Shown here: piece after piece, positions 27,355-37,471 of the stretch
Layout: the number at the start of each line of letters is the position of its first letter
How positions within the stretch are numbered: the stretch's first letter is position 1
DNA from: an uncultured beta proteobacterium
GTDB taxonomy: Bacteria > Pseudomonadota > Gammaproteobacteria > Burkholderiales > JACQAP01
NCBI GenBank assembly: GCA_963846655.1
Contig: CAWJWT010000012.1
Coordinates: 32,341-96,340 of the forward strand
Direction of reading: 5' to 3'
DNA length: 64,000 nt
Notes under the pieces: generated by a model
Told to the model about the DNA's origin: nothing
Seen by the model: the letters and a program-made list of their open reading frames with translations, nothing else
Database searches by the model: none
Program-made: the position numbers and the translations under genes

Positions 27355-28329
27355 CTAATGCATTTGCGGTTTTTTCAGCAGGTCGTTGCGATCGATGGAT
27401 TGCAGATGCACCGTGAGTTGTGAGCCTTCACGCGCGAGGGTCAGCACGATGTCCACTCCGGCCGGGCCGAGTGCCCACACTTTGCGGAACAGGTCGGCAA
27501 GCGAATTCACGCGCTGGCCCGCGACTTCCAGCACCAGATCGCCCTGGCGAATCCCCGCGCGATGAGCGGGACCGCCCGGCGCGAGGCCGCCCACCACGAT
27601 ATGGCCTTCCGCCTGGGTGGCATACATGCCCAGCCATGGGCGCGGCGGGCGATTGGCGCGGCCCAGCCGGGTCATGTCGTCGAAAATCGGATCGAGCAAA
27701 TCGATGGGCACGATCATGTTGCATTGGGTCTGTTTGCCCTCGCTCAACTCCTCCACGAGCAGTGAGCCGATGCCGATCACGCGCCCGTCCATGCCGACGA
27801 CGGCCGCACCTCCCCATTGCGGGTGTCCGGGCGCGGTGAACAGGGCCGCGTCCAGCACGTATTCCCAATACCCGGCGAATTCATGGCGCGCGACAATTTT
27901 TGCTTTCAACGAATGGGCCTTGCCGCCGTGTCCAATGACGATGACGTCGTCGCCGACTTCGCACGAACCCGAACTGCCGCGCGCAAGGGCGGGCACGTCG
28001 AACCGACCCAAAGGCTGCACCAATCCGAATCCGGTGACCTGGTCGTAAGCGAGCGGATGGCCGGCAATGGCGATGCCGCTGTTGGTCGTGAGCCAGAGCG
28101 TGCGGGCTTCGGTGACGAGATAGCCGATGGTCAGTACGAGGCCGTCGTCACGGATGACGACGCCGTTGCCCGCGCGCTCGGTGCCGAGGATGGACGCCGT
28201 GAAGGCGTCGTCGGGGATCTCCGATCGCAGCAGCACCACCGCGTTCAGTGCCTGGTCGAGATCGAACCGCAATTCTTCCTGCTGCGGCTGCAATTCCTTC
28301 GGAAATGCCCAGTCGCCTTGTTCTTCCAT
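27355..28329 (-). CDS. trypsin-fold (S1C-like) plus PDZ protein, no signal peptide, catalytic motifs apparently degenerate
   Basis: 324 aa with an HtrA-like layout and a C-terminal PDZ domain (GLAPGGPAHRAGIRQGDLVLEVAGQRV). The GNSGG position reads GHPQWGG and the His-motif position reads TIGYLV. Confidence 0.75.
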   Translation of the reverse strand: MEEQGDWAFPKELQPQQEELRFDLDQALNAVVLLRSEIPDDAFTASILGTERAGNGVVIRDDGLVLTIGYLVTEARTLWLTTNSGIAIAGHPLAYDQVTGFGLVQPLGRFDVPALARGSSGSCEVGDDVIVIGHGGKAHSLKAKIVARHEFAGYWEYVLDAALFTAPGHPQWGGAAVVGMDGRVIGIGSLLVEELSEGKQTQCNMIVPIDLLDPIFDDMTRLGRANRPPRPWLGMYATQAEGHIVVGGLAPGGPAHRAGIRQGDLVLEVAGQRVNSLADLFRKVWALGPAGVDIVLTLAREGSQLTVHLQSIDRNDLLKKPQMH

Positions 28330-28405
28330 TAAAAAAATCCGCGAGGCGCTCGCGTGTGCGAGCGCGAACCGGGCATGTTACGCGATTCGCCGCGTTGGTA
28401 AAGGC

Positions 28406-29638
28406 TCAGGCCGGCTGCAACCGGGGCGCGATGGGTGCTTCCTTGATCGGCAGATTGACCAGTGCAGCCAGCGCGGCCAGTCCGGCGTCGAGATACCACA
28501 TGACCGTGTAGTCGCCCAGGTGCACGACGGCCAATCCGCCCAGCCACGCACCCAGGAAGGCGCCGATCTGATGGGAGAGCAACGTCAGGCCGAACAGCGT
28601 TGCCAGGTAACGCGTACCGAACAGTTTGCCCACGATGGTGGCCGTCGGGGGCACCGTCGCCAGCCAGGTCAGTCCGAGTCCCGCGGCGAACACGTAAAAA
28701 GTCAGGGCGGTCTTGGGCGCCGCGAGATAAACCAGAATCAGCAGCGTGCGCGAGCCGTACATCCAGAACAGGATGTATTTGCTGCGCATGCGCTGCGTTC
28801 CCCATCCGGCAAGCAGGCTGCCGACGATGTTTGCCAGCCCGATGATGGCCAGCGACCAGCCGGCGACCTGCGCCGAGAGCCCGCACAACTGCACTTCGCC
28901 GGGCAGATGCGTGACCAGAAAGGCGATATGGAATCCGCAGGTGAAAAAGCCCGCATGCAGCAGTAGATAGCTGCGATTTTTCAGCGCATCGCGCAATGCG
29001 GCGCGCATGCCTTTGTCCGCGGGATTGCCAGCCAGCGAACGCGCCTGTTGGGCCGCGGTGGCGGGTTGGCCGCGCAGCGACCGGGTGATGGGCAGCGCCA
29101 GCAGCGCGATGACCGCAATCGACCACATCGCGCCCATCCAGCCGAACCCGCTGATCAGTTTTTGCGTGATCGGCGCAAACACGAACTGGCCGAAGGAGCC
29201 TCCGGCATTGATGATGCCGGCCGCCATGCCGCGCTTTTCCGCGGGCATGCGTTGTGCCGCCGAGCCGATCAGCACCGAGAAACTGCCCGCGCCGGAGCCC
29301 GCGGCAACCAGAATGCCCAGCGAAAAAATCAGTCCGGCGGAACTGGTCATGAAAGGCGTGACCGCGGAGCCGATGGCAAGCAAGACAATGCCGCCGGCGA
29401 GTACGCGCCCCGGACCATAGCGGTCGGCGATCGCGCCTGCGATCGGCTGCACGGCGCCCCAGACGAACTGCCCGATTGCCATGGCCAGGCTGATGGTGGC
29501 GATGCCCAGTCCGGTCGAGGTATTCATTGGCGACAGGAACAAACCCTGCGACTGCCGCGAACCCATGGTGATCATCAGCAGTGCGGCGGCGAGCAGAACG
29601 ATCCACCAGTAGGAATGCGATTCGCTGCGCGAAGACAT
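28406..29638 (-). CDS. MFS transporter
   Basis: The ORF is 28406..29761. The preferred start is MSSRSESHSYWWIVLL at 29638, 3 nt after the MarR stop. The hydrophobicity pattern is multi-TM. Confidence 0.85.
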   Translation of the reverse strand: MSSRSESHSYWWIVLLAAALLMITMGSRQSQGLFLSPMNTSTGLGIATISLAMAIGQFVWGAVQPIAGAIADRYGPGRVLAGGIVLLAIGSAVTPFMTSSAGLIFSLGILVAAGSGAGSFSVLIGSAAQRMPAEKRGMAAGIINAGGSFGQFVFAPITQKLISGFGWMGAMWSIAVIALLALPITRSLRGQPATAAQQARSLAGNPADKGMRAALRDALKNRSYLLLHAGFFTCGFHIAFLVTHLPGEVQLCGLSAQVAGWSLAIIGLANIVGSLLAGWGTQRMRSKYILFWMYGSRTLLILVYLAAPKTALTFYVFAAGLGLTWLATVPPTATIVGKLFGTRYLATLFGLTLLSHQIGAFLGAWLGGLAVVHLGDYTVMWYLDAGLAALAALVNLPIKEAPIAPRLQPA

Positions 29639-29640
29639 GG

Positions 29641-30108
29641 CTAGTTTTCCTCGGGGAGGGAAGGTTTGAGGCGGGTGAGCGCCTGTTCGAGTTGGGCGTG
29701 CAGGTTGGCAACGAATTCGGGCCCCAGATTCGTTTCGAGCGCGCGCTGGGCCTGGCGCCAATGCGTGCGCGCCAGCGCGCGCACCTGCGCCCCGGCGGGC
29801 GTCAGGACGAACAGGCGCTGGCGGGCATCCGTGCCCGAGGGCTCGCCGACCAGTCCGCGTTCGACCAGCGGCCGCAGATTGCGCGTCAGCGTAGTGCGGT
29901 CGATCTCCATGCGGTCGGCCAGGGCCGTCAGGGTCTGCGCTTCGGCAGACAGTTGGCAGAGCAGCGAATACTGCGAGAGTTTGAGGCCGGTCGAGCGCAT
30001 GTGATGCTCGTAGAACGCCGTCACGCGCCGGGTCAGCTTGCGCAACCGCGCAGCGGTGCAGCTCTTCGGCCAGGGCGCATCGGTGCCGGTGTTCGCGGTG
30101 GGGGTCAT
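29641..30108 (-). CDS. MarR family transcriptional regulator
   Basis: 155 aa with a winged-HTH region (LSQYSLLCQLSAEAQTLTALADRMEIDRTTLTRNLRPLVERGLV). It lies directly upstream of the MFS gene, so the two form an operon. Confidence 0.9.
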   Translation of the reverse strand: MTPTANTGTDAPWPKSCTAARLRKLTRRVTAFYEHHMRSTGLKLSQYSLLCQLSAEAQTLTALADRMEIDRTTLTRNLRPLVERGLVGEPSGTDARQRLFVLTPAGAQVRALARTHWRQAQRALETNLGPEFVANLHAQLEQALTRLKPSLPEEN

Positions 30109-30210
30109 CGGGGGCGGGGAGCTAAAACGTGCATATGCACGTATATTAGCCGCCCCCGGCAGGTTTTGGCAACGGCGCTCGTATCACGTCCGGCCGCCTG
30201 CGATCAGCGC

Positions 30211-30243
30211 AAAAAGAAACCCGGTTACCCGGGTTCGTTTTTG
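30211..30243. terminator. rho-independent terminator (bidirectional shape)
   Basis: AAAAAGAAACCCGG-TTAC-CCGGGTTCGTTTTT, downstream of the 30276..30722 gene. Confidence 0.75.
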
Positions 30244-30275
30244 CCGCCACGCTCGCTGCCCGAATTCTGCGGCGG

Positions 30276-30722
30276 TCAGAATTCCCTGGCGGCCTTGGAA
30301 AAGGAGGCGCGCAACTCTTCGAAACTCTTCGAAAAACCGCGTTTGACTTCCTCCCAGGCATTGGCCGAGCTGCGTTTGAGCTCGCCGTAGCGCTCGGCCA
30401 ATTCCAGGCGCTGTCGGCGCATCGTTTTCATCGTAGCCAGCGCCTGTTCGCGCGCGGCCGCGCTCATCCTGTCCCAGTTCTCGCGCATTTCGCTGTCCAG
30501 GCTTTCGATCCGGGTATCGGCATCGTCCAGAACGCTTTTAGCGCTCCTCAATGCTTCGTCACGCTGTTCGGCTGAATAATTACCGATGGCACGGGCCGCT
30601 TCGTCGACCTTCTGCCCCACCTCTTTGCCGGAGGCCGGTTCGGCCAACGACAGCGTCGCCCAGCCAGGCAGAAAAGCAAGCAGGCAGATCACGGCGATCA
30701 TTCTGGCGCTACGCGTATTCAT
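30276..30722 (-). CDS. hypothetical exported helical protein
   Basis: 148 aa with the signal peptide MNTRSARMIAVICLLAFLPGWATLSLA and a charged, helical remainder. Confidence 0.55.
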   Translation of the reverse strand: MNTRSARMIAVICLLAFLPGWATLSLAEPASGKEVGQKVDEAARAIGNYSAEQRDEALRSAKSVLDDADTRIESLDSEMRENWDRMSAAAREQALATMKTMRRQRLELAERYGELKRSSANAWEEVKRGFSKSFEELRASFSKAAREF

Positions 30723-30819
30723 TGCAGGTCCCCGATTGAAAAGGCTCTATCGCTTATAGGCAAGGCCGCGCCAGCTTGGTTCCCGCCAGCCACGTACCGC
30801 CCGCCGCGCCAACTCGTCG

Positions 30820-31242
30820 CTATTTCGCCGCGGTAACGTACTCCTGCATGCGCTCGCGCAGCGCCTCCGGGATCGCGACGGCTTTCGCCGTTTCCTTGGA
30901 AAACATGCAGATGGTATGACGGCACTTGAAACAGGCGCGCCCGTCGATGCTGGCGGCAAATCCCAGTTCGATGGAACTGTTGCCCAGCCGCAGGATGGAA
31001 AGCTCGATCGCGAGCGTATCGCCGAAGCGCGCCGGGCTGATGAAATCGCACTGCGTGCCCACGGTTGGCGTGCCGAGTCCCCGGCTCATCAGCAAATCGG
31101 CAAATCTTTCCTGCAGGCCCGTATTGAACCAGTCTTCGATCGCATCGTGCAGCAGATCGAAAAACCGCGGGAAGTAAACCTGGCCGGCCGGGTCGCAGTG
31201 CGAGAAACGGATGGGATACTCGACGCGAAATACTTTTCCCAT
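30820..31242 (-). CDS. acyl-CoA thioesterase (4HBT / YbgC-like hotdog fold)
   Basis: 140 aa counted from MGKVFRVEYPIRFSHCDPAGQVYFPRFFDL, which is typical of the YbgC/FadM class. The ATG at 31240-31242 was verified. Confidence 0.8.
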   Translation of the reverse strand: MGKVFRVEYPIRFSHCDPAGQVYFPRFFDLLHDAIEDWFNTGLQERFADLLMSRGLGTPTVGTQCDFISPARFGDTLAIELSILRLGNSSIELGFAASIDGRACFKCRHTICMFSKETAKAVAIPEALRERMQEYVTAAK

Positions 31243-31249
31243 GAGCGGT

Positions 31250-32939
31250 TCAGCGCAGCAACCGGCCCGGCAGCGCGCCGGTATGCTGGTCGTCGCGCAG
31301 CGTTTCGACCCCGGCCACGAAAGTGTGCCGGTAACCGTTGGCCCGCTGCATGAGGCGGCGCGCCGCCCGCCGGCAGATCGTAGATTACCTCGTGCAGCCG
31401 CAAACCCAGTTTGTCGAAATCGATGATGTTGAAATCGGCGCGGTAGCCCGGGGCCAGCACGCCGCGATCTTTCAACCCGTAAGCCAGCGCGCAGTCGCGC
31501 GTCTGCTTGCGTACCAGAAACTCCAGCGGCAGGCGCGCGCCGCGCTTGCGGTCGCGCGCCCAGTGCGTCAGCAGAAATGTCGGCGCGCTGGCATCGCACA
31601 CGGTGCACACATGGGCGCCGCCATCGGAGATGCCCATGACCGTGGCTTCATCCTGGATCATTTCGCGAATGTTCTCGAGATTGCCTTCGGTGTAATTTTC
31701 GAAAGTCTCCACCAGCAAGCGCTTGCCGCCGTGCGCCATCATGGCGTCGAGCGCCAGCGCCCAGGGACTGGCGCCGGTGGCTGCGGCCCGCGCGCCGATG
31801 CTCAGGGACGGATCGGGTTCATAGTCGTAGCTGTCGTCGACGACGTAAATCCGCTGCAGGGCATCGGCAATGCGCCGGGTGTGCTCGTCGGCCGGACGGT
31901 TTTCGACCAGCCTGCGCCGCAAGTCGGCATCGCGCTGCAACTGCTCGATGCGCTGCGCGGGCGTCAGGTGTTGCATCGCCACCCAGTCCGGGTGCGAGGA
32001 AAACGGATGGATGGTCGTTTCCAGGCCCATCATCACGCCGATCGGCCGGCAACCGACCTGGCCATTGACGTCGAGGCCGTCGCGGCGAGCCGCATGGATC
32101 TGCGCGCGGGTCTCGCGCCACAGATCGGGCGCGTTGTTGACCTGCAGCAACAGCACCGACAGCGGCCGACCGGAAATTTCCGCTGCGGCGCGCAGGATCT
32201 CGAACTCGCCCGGTCCGAAATCCGAATTGACTTCGATGACGCCGCGACCGGCGCGCTTCATCGCGGCCGCCAGCCCGAATAATTCTGGTTCGCGCGCCGA
32301 CAGGCTCGGCGTGAGCCGCCCGTCGTGGGCGCGGTGCTTGCTGGTGCGTGACGTGGTGAAGCCCAGCGCGCCGGCGCGCAGCGCCTGCTCGAGCAATTCA
32401 CCCATCTGTGCGATCTCCGCGTCGTTCGGCGGGGTGGCATGGTCGGCGCCGCGTTCGCCCATGACATAAAAACGCAGGGCCGCATGCGGCACTTGCGCGC
32501 CGACATCGATGACTTTGGGCGCGGCCGCGAGGGCATCGAGGTAATCCGGAAACGATTCCCAGTTGAACTTCACGCCCTCCGCCAGCACGGTGCCGGGAAT
32601 ATCCTCCACGCCTTCCATCAGGTTGATGAGGTAGGGCGAGGCGCCTTTGCGCACCGGCGCGAACCCCACGCCGCAGTTGCCGAACACAACCGTCGTCACT
32701 CCGTGGAACGTGGACGGGGTCAGATAGGGATCCCAGGTGGCCTGGCCGTCGTAATGCGTGTGGATGTCGACGAAGCCGGGCGTGACCAGCAGTCCTTCGG
32801 CATCGATTTCGCGCCGCCCGCGGCCGATCGCGCCGCCGACGGCCGAGATTTGTTCCCCGTCGATCGCCATGTCGACCCGGCGGCGCGGCGCACCGGTGCC
32901 GTCAACGATCGAGCCATTGCGAATTACCAGATCATGCAT
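31250..32939 (-). pseudogene. N-acyl-D-amino-acid deacylase (D-aminoacylase) family gene with an apparent 1-nt insertion near codon 525 (or an assembly error)
   Basis: MHDLVIRNGSIVDGTG...PGFVDIHTHYDGQ is intact up to ...VIYDLPAGG. The family-typical tail RLMQRANGYRHTFVAGVETLRDDQHTGALPGRLLR-stop is present only in the +1 frame, from about 31360. The length of 1690 nt equals 3n+1. Confidence 0.8.
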
Positions 32940-33104
32940 GAAGCGCCTCCGGAAGACATGCGATGCGGCGCGTCGAAACTGGCGCAACCGGTTTGCTCTT
33001 ATAGTCCAAGGCTGCCTGGCGTGCAACCCGCCGGGGTGCGCGACCAGGCGCACCACCGTTCGCGTAAGATGCGTCGCAAACGTTTTTCCTTTTCCCGCAA
33101 CCCG

Positions 33105-34268
33105 ATGAGCCGACCTCGCGCGCTGCCGCTTGCGATCTCCGGACTGCTGGCGCTGGCCGTGGCCATCGGCATCGGCCGGTTCGCTTTCACGCCGATCCTG
33201 CCGATGATGCAAAAGGATTACGGCCTGTCGCTGCGCCTGGCGGGCCTGCTGGCCTCGGCGAATTATGTGGGTTATTTTCTGGGCGCGCTGTCCGCCCTCT
33301 GGATCCGCACGGCAACCGTAAAAATAGTGCGTTTTTCGCTGGCCGCGGTGATCGTGCTGACCGCCGCAATGGCGCTCGTGCATCAGCCCGCCGCATGGTT
33401 GCTGCTGCGGGCGTTGGCCGGTATCGCGAGCGCATGGATCCTGATCTTCGGTTCGGCCTATATCCTCGAGCGGCTTGCGGCCCTCGACGCTGGCCGCCTG
33501 GCAGGCGTGGTGTTCAGCGGCGTTGGATTCGGCATCGCGCTCAGCGGCGCGGCCTGTCTGGTGTTCCTGCACCTGTCGTGGGGCGCGGACCGGGCATGGC
33601 TGGCGCTCAGCGCGCTGGCGCTGCTGCTCGTACTGTTCTGCTGGGGCGGTTATCGCGACGCGACTGACACGCGCGCAGTGGCGAAGCCTGGCGCCGCCTT
33701 GCAAATACGGGAGCACGCGCTCGTGATCTTTTGCTACGGGATTCTGGGGCTCGGTTACATCATCCCCGGCACGTTCCTGCCGGCCATGGCGAAGCGGATC
33801 CTGCCCGACCCGGCTGTCTTCGGTTGGGCGTGGCCCGTCTTTGGCGCGACCGCGCTGGTTTCGACGCTGCTCGTGGCGAGGCTGTCGGCGCGCTGGTCGA
33901 ACCGCTCGGTGTGGGCCCTGTCGCATGTCGTCATGGCGGCGGGCGTGGCGATGCCGGTGCTGTTGCCCGGGGTGGCGGGCATTTTGATTGCCGCAGTCTG
34001 CGTAGGCGGCACCTTCATGGTGGGCACGATGACCGGCCTCCAGGAGGCGCGCATCCGCGCCCCGCTTCAGGCGCCCCGGCTGATCGCGGCGATGACAACG
34101 GCCTTTGCGATCGGCCAGATCGTCGGGCCCTTGCTGGTGAGCGCGGTTGCCGGCGCGCGGCACGGCGTCGATGCGTTATTGCTCGGCGTGGCTGCAGCAC
34201 TTCTGGGCACTGCGGCGCTGCTCGCCGCCTCGCCGCGACGCGCCAGTGTGAACCCGCCCCGCGGCTGA
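33105..34268 (+). CDS. YbfB/YjiJ-family MFS transporter
   Basis: MSRPRALPLAISGLLALAVAIGIGRFAFTPILPMMQKDYGLS is the characteristic N-terminus of this family. An alternative ATG lies at 33069. Confidence 0.8.
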   Translation: MSRPRALPLAISGLLALAVAIGIGRFAFTPILPMMQKDYGLSLRLAGLLASANYVGYFLGALSALWIRTATVKIVRFSLAAVIVLTAAMALVHQPAAWLLLRALAGIASAWILIFGSAYILERLAALDAGRLAGVVFSGVGFGIALSGAACLVFLHLSWGADRAWLALSALALLLVLFCWGGYRDATDTRAVAKPGAALQIREHALVIFCYGILGLGYIIPGTFLPAMAKRILPDPAVFGWAWPVFGATALVSTLLVARLSARWSNRSVWALSHVVMAAGVAMPVLLPGVAGILIAAVCVGGTFMVGTMTGLQEARIRAPLQAPRLIAAMTTAFAIGQIVGPLLVSAVAGARHGVDALLLGVAAALLGTAALLAASPRRASVNPPRG

Positions 34269-34271
34269 GAC

Positions 34272-35459
34272 TCAGTCGATCACGTTGAGCACTTCGTAAC
34301 ACGCGCCCATGGTGTGGTAATCCGTTTTGCCAGCCGGGGATTTTTCGTCGCTGATCTTGCGATTCTCGCGCGTGAGGATGCGATACCAGGCCCCGTGCGC
34401 GTGATCGACGAAATGCGTCCAGCTGTAGTCCCAGATGCGCTCGTACCAGTGCCAGTACTGCGCTTCGCCCGTGCGTTTGGCCACTAGCGCCGCAGCGGCA
34501 AGCGCTTCGGCCTGCACCCAGAAGTACTTGTCGCCGTCGCAGACGCTGTTATCCGGCGCGAAACCATAAACGAGACCGCCGTGCTCGTCATCCCACGCGT
34601 GCTTCATTGCGGCATTGAACAATTCGATGGCGCGCGGCGCCAGCCATTGCACGTCGCCGAGCTGGCCGGCGTGACGCTCCATGATCAGCAGCAGCTTGGC
34701 CCATTCGGCCAGATGGCCGGGCTGAAAGCCCCACGGCCGGAAGAGGTTGCTCTGGTCGTGCCTGTTGTAGTCCCAGTCGATCGACCAGTCCGCGTGATAG
34801 TGTTCCCAGATCAATCCGCCGGCCAGTGCCGCCTGCCGTACCGTAATGTTTTGCGCGACTAGCGCGGCGCGATCGAGATAGCGCGTCTTGCCGGTGGCTT
34901 CGAATGCCGCCAGCAGCGCTTCGCAGGCATGCATGTTCGCGTTCTGTCCCCGGTAGGGCGATACCGTGCGCCAGTCCGCGTCTGCTTCGTCGGCATACAG
35001 TCCGGCCGCAGGCGACCAGAACGTGCGCTCCATCAGTTCGAAGGTTTCGTCGATCCACGCCTTCGCCGCTTCGATGCCGGCCATCGCGGCCTGCGCGTAG
35101 GCGAGCAGCACGAACGCGAGGCCGTAGCAGTGATTGGTTGCATCCGCGACCCGGTCCCCTTCGAGCAGCCACGCATAGCCGCCGGTGGCGGCATTGCGGT
35201 GGCGTTCGCGCAGGAACGCCAGTCCATGCCGCGTGGCCTGCAGATAGTCGGTATCCGCGAACCGGCGGCTCGCCATGGCGTAGTTGAAGACGAAGCGCGT
35301 ACTGCTGACCAGATGGCGGGTATGCCGGTCATAGACGCTGCCATCGTCCCGGAAGAAATGAAAGAAGCCGCCACGCGGATCGATGGCGCGCGGATGATAG
35401 AAGGCCATCGTGTGGCGGATATGATCGAGCAGGAAGTGCCGGTCGCGAAAGTCGGGCAC
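34272..35459 (-). CDS. AGE-family epimerase/isomerase (N-acylglucosamine 2-epimerase / mannose isomerase type)
   Basis: 395 aa with a GTG start, an (alpha/alpha)6-type sequence and FYHPRAIDPRGGFFHFF. It starts 3 nt after the upstream sugar kinase gene. Confidence 0.8.
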   Translation of the reverse strand: MPDFRDRHFLLDHIRHTMAFYHPRAIDPRGGFFHFFRDDGSVYDRHTRHLVSSTRFVFNYAMASRRFADTDYLQATRHGLAFLRERHRNAATGGYAWLLEGDRVADATNHCYGLAFVLLAYAQAAMAGIEAAKAWIDETFELMERTFWSPAAGLYADEADADWRTVSPYRGQNANMHACEALLAAFEATGKTRYLDRAALVAQNITVRQAALAGGLIWEHYHADWSIDWDYNRHDQSNLFRPWGFQPGHLAEWAKLLLIMERHAGQLGDVQWLAPRAIELFNAAMKHAWDDEHGGLVYGFAPDNSVCDGDKYFWVQAEALAAAALVAKRTGEAQYWHWYERIWDYSWTHFVDHAHGAWYRILTRENRKISDEKSPAGKTDYHTMGACYEVLNVID

Positions 35460-35462
35460 GCC

Positions 35463-36386
35463 TCAGTCCATTTTCTCTAGCACAGCCGTGACGGTGGCCA
35501 GCGAAGGGGGCGTTGCGCCGGGTTGCAGACACGCGGCCGTTCCCGCCGCGACCGCCCAGCGCAGATGCGCCGCCCAGTCCGCGGCGGGGTGCGACATCAG
35601 GCTGAAGAGCAGGCCGCCGACGCTCGCGTCGCCCGCGCCGACGCTGTCGGCGATCGTAACCTGAGGGCTGGCTTGCTGCAGACATTGGTCGCCAGCGTGC
35701 AATTGCGCTCCCGCGCCGCCGCGCGTCAGCAGAACCACCGCCTGCGGATTGAGCCTCTTGAGTTGCGCCAGGCCGGCAGCCTCGTCGTGGGTGCGAAACA
35801 GGCCGCGCAGATCCTCGTCGGAAACCTTGATCACATCGGCCACGGCCGCGACGCGCGCGAGCGTCGCATCGTAGGAAGCATCCATCACGTTGCGAAAGTT
35901 GGGATCGAAGCTGATGCGCGAGCCGGCCGCTTTCGCGTGCGCGAGCAAGCCGATCAGCCGGGCACACAGCGGTTCGCGCGCCAGGCTGATGCCACCGCAA
36001 TGCAGCCATTCGACCCCGCGCGCCCATTGTCCGGGCAGCAAATCGGGATCGAACGCCAGATCGGCGCTGTCCGAACCAATGAAAAAGTAACGCGGCGGCG
36101 AGATGTCATGGACCACGGCCAGCAAAGGCGGTTTGTCATGGCGCTGCAGGAAATCCATCTGCATGCCGGCCTCGCGGCTCAGTGCGGCGATCTCATCGCC
36201 GAAAGTATCCTGGCTCACGCTGCCCGCAAACGCGCTCGGAATGCCCAGGGCGGCCATGACCCGCGCCACATTCCAGGGTGCGCCCCCGGCGCGCGCCAGC
36301 CAGTAACCGTCGTGCTGCCGGATCAGATCGGTGAGCGCCTCACCCGCGCTGAGGAAGCGCGGTCCGGGCGCAGGCGTGTGTGCCAT
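35463..36386 (-). CDS. PfkB-family carbohydrate kinase (fructokinase-like)
   Basis: 307 aa with the DSVGAGDA motif and an N-terminal GEALTDLI/GGAPWNVA pattern. Confidence 0.85.
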   Translation of the reverse strand: MAHTPAPGPRFLSAGEALTDLIRQHDGYWLARAGGAPWNVARVMAALGIPSAFAGSVSQDTFGDEIAALSREAGMQMDFLQRHDKPPLLAVVHDISPPRYFFIGSDSADLAFDPDLLPGQWARGVEWLHCGGISLAREPLCARLIGLLAHAKAAGSRISFDPNFRNVMDASYDATLARVAAVADVIKVSDEDLRGLFRTHDEAAGLAQLKRLNPQAVVLLTRGGAGAQLHAGDQCLQQASPQVTIADSVGAGDASVGGLLFSLMSHPAADWAAHLRWAVAAGTAACLQPGATPPSLATVTAVLEKMD

Positions 36387-36491
36387 GGCAAAACGCGAGG
36401 CAATGCAAGGCTAACGCGGGGGACAAAAACAAAGAAACAGCGGCCCGGCTCTGCGGGCGCATGCCCCGGGCCCTTGAACGACGGCCTGCTT

Positions 36492-36839
36492 TCAGGCGCG
36501 GGCGCCGCCACTGCGGCGGCGGCGATCGATCGGGGGCTCGACCTTGGTCGTGCGGCGATCGGCCAGGCCGGCGCGCCGGATCAGTTCGTTCCAGACGTTG
36601 TCACTGTCCCCGGAGCGGAACTTTGCGTACAGCGCGACTTCCTCGGGATAAGCCTGGGGGCTGCCGAGACGGTCGAGATGCTGCGCATCGGAAGCCTCGG
36701 CATCGGCTTCCCATGCGCGCATGATCGCATGCCACAACGCGCGCTGGAACGGTTCATCCTGCTCGTCGAAACCGTACTGCCACTTCAGGAAAGACGCTTC
36801 CGCGGGAGTCAGCTCCTTGCTGCGAAATTTGATACTCAT
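36492..36839 (-). CDS. hypothetical protein
   Basis: 115-aa ORF with coding-like composition. No family recognised. Confidence 0.45.
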   Translation of the reverse strand: MSIKFRSKELTPAEASFLKWQYGFDEQDEPFQRALWHAIMRAWEADAEASDAQHLDRLGSPQAYPEEVALYAKFRSGDSDNVWNELIRRAGLADRRTTKVEPPIDRRRRSGGARA

Positions 36840-37071
36840 AGCCTCCTCGTTTGACCAGATCCGGACCGCTCAGGCTGTTCCGGCCCGATGACAATACCAC
36901 GGTCTGCCGTTGTGCGCGCCCGCGGATGCGTGCTCCGTGCAAGTTTGACCGTCATGGCGTGCAAAGTTCGGCGCGCCGGATGCAAATGACATCGAACGCG
37001 TCGGGGGCAGGTCCGAAAAATCGCCGTCGCTTTCAATCGTGGCGTGCCTCTTGAACGCACTGTTGCGTGAC

Positions 37072-37470
37072 TCACTGCAAGTCTATCGCGTGTTTCTTCA
37101 ACTCTTCCAGGCTGACAAAATCCAGCGTGCGCTCGTGCGTGGAAGCGAGCACCACGCGCGGTGCGCAACCGGCCTCGAAGGCCTCCCGCCAGCGCGCCGC
37201 GCACAGGCACCAGCGATCGCCGGGCATCAGTCCGGGAAAACCGAAATCGGGCATCGGCGTGCTCAGATCGTTGCCGCGTGCCCGCGAGAACTCCAGGAAT
37301 TCCCGGGTCATCAGCGTGCACACGGTATGCGCACCGTGGTCGTCGGCGCCGCTGTTGCAGCACCCGTCGCGATAAAAACCCGTCAGGGGTTTGCTGCTGC
37401 ATTCGGCAAGCGGACCGCCGAGCACGTTGCGTGCGACGCCTCCACCGGGAATTTCAGGGTCGAAAGGCAT
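37072..37470 (-). CDS. DUF2237 family protein
   Basis: 132 aa. GFYRDGCCNSGADDHGAHTVC...GDRWCLCAARW matches the DUF2237 pattern as I remember it. Confidence 0.75.
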   Translation of the reverse strand: MPFDPEIPGGGVARNVLGGPLAECSSKPLTGFYRDGCCNSGADDHGAHTVCTLMTREFLEFSRARGNDLSTPMPDFGFPGLMPGDRWCLCAARWREAFEAGCAPRVVLASTHERTLDFVSLEELKKHAIDLQ

Positions 37471-37471
37471 G

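Noticed and set aside
27048-27416. Small ORFs encoding VNAVNVVNA... and DIHGIHGIHGIH... peptides (also RHDRHD and SRPSRPSR types at 25.7 and 26.95-27.15 kb)
   Set aside because: They are by-products of the 9-bp periodic repeat, which stays open in several frames. Unit lengths of 6 and 8 nt break the frame elsewhere, there is no RBS, and they overlap real gene ends.
31089-34163. 1024-aa ORF on the minus strand, the longest in the window
   Set aside because: It is a composite. Only 31250-32939 reads as a real protein (the D-aminoacylase). The part above 32939 is Arg/Gly/His-rich nonsense antisense to the YbfB-type MFS gene. The part below about 31360 is the out-of-frame tail that overlaps the thioesterase gene.
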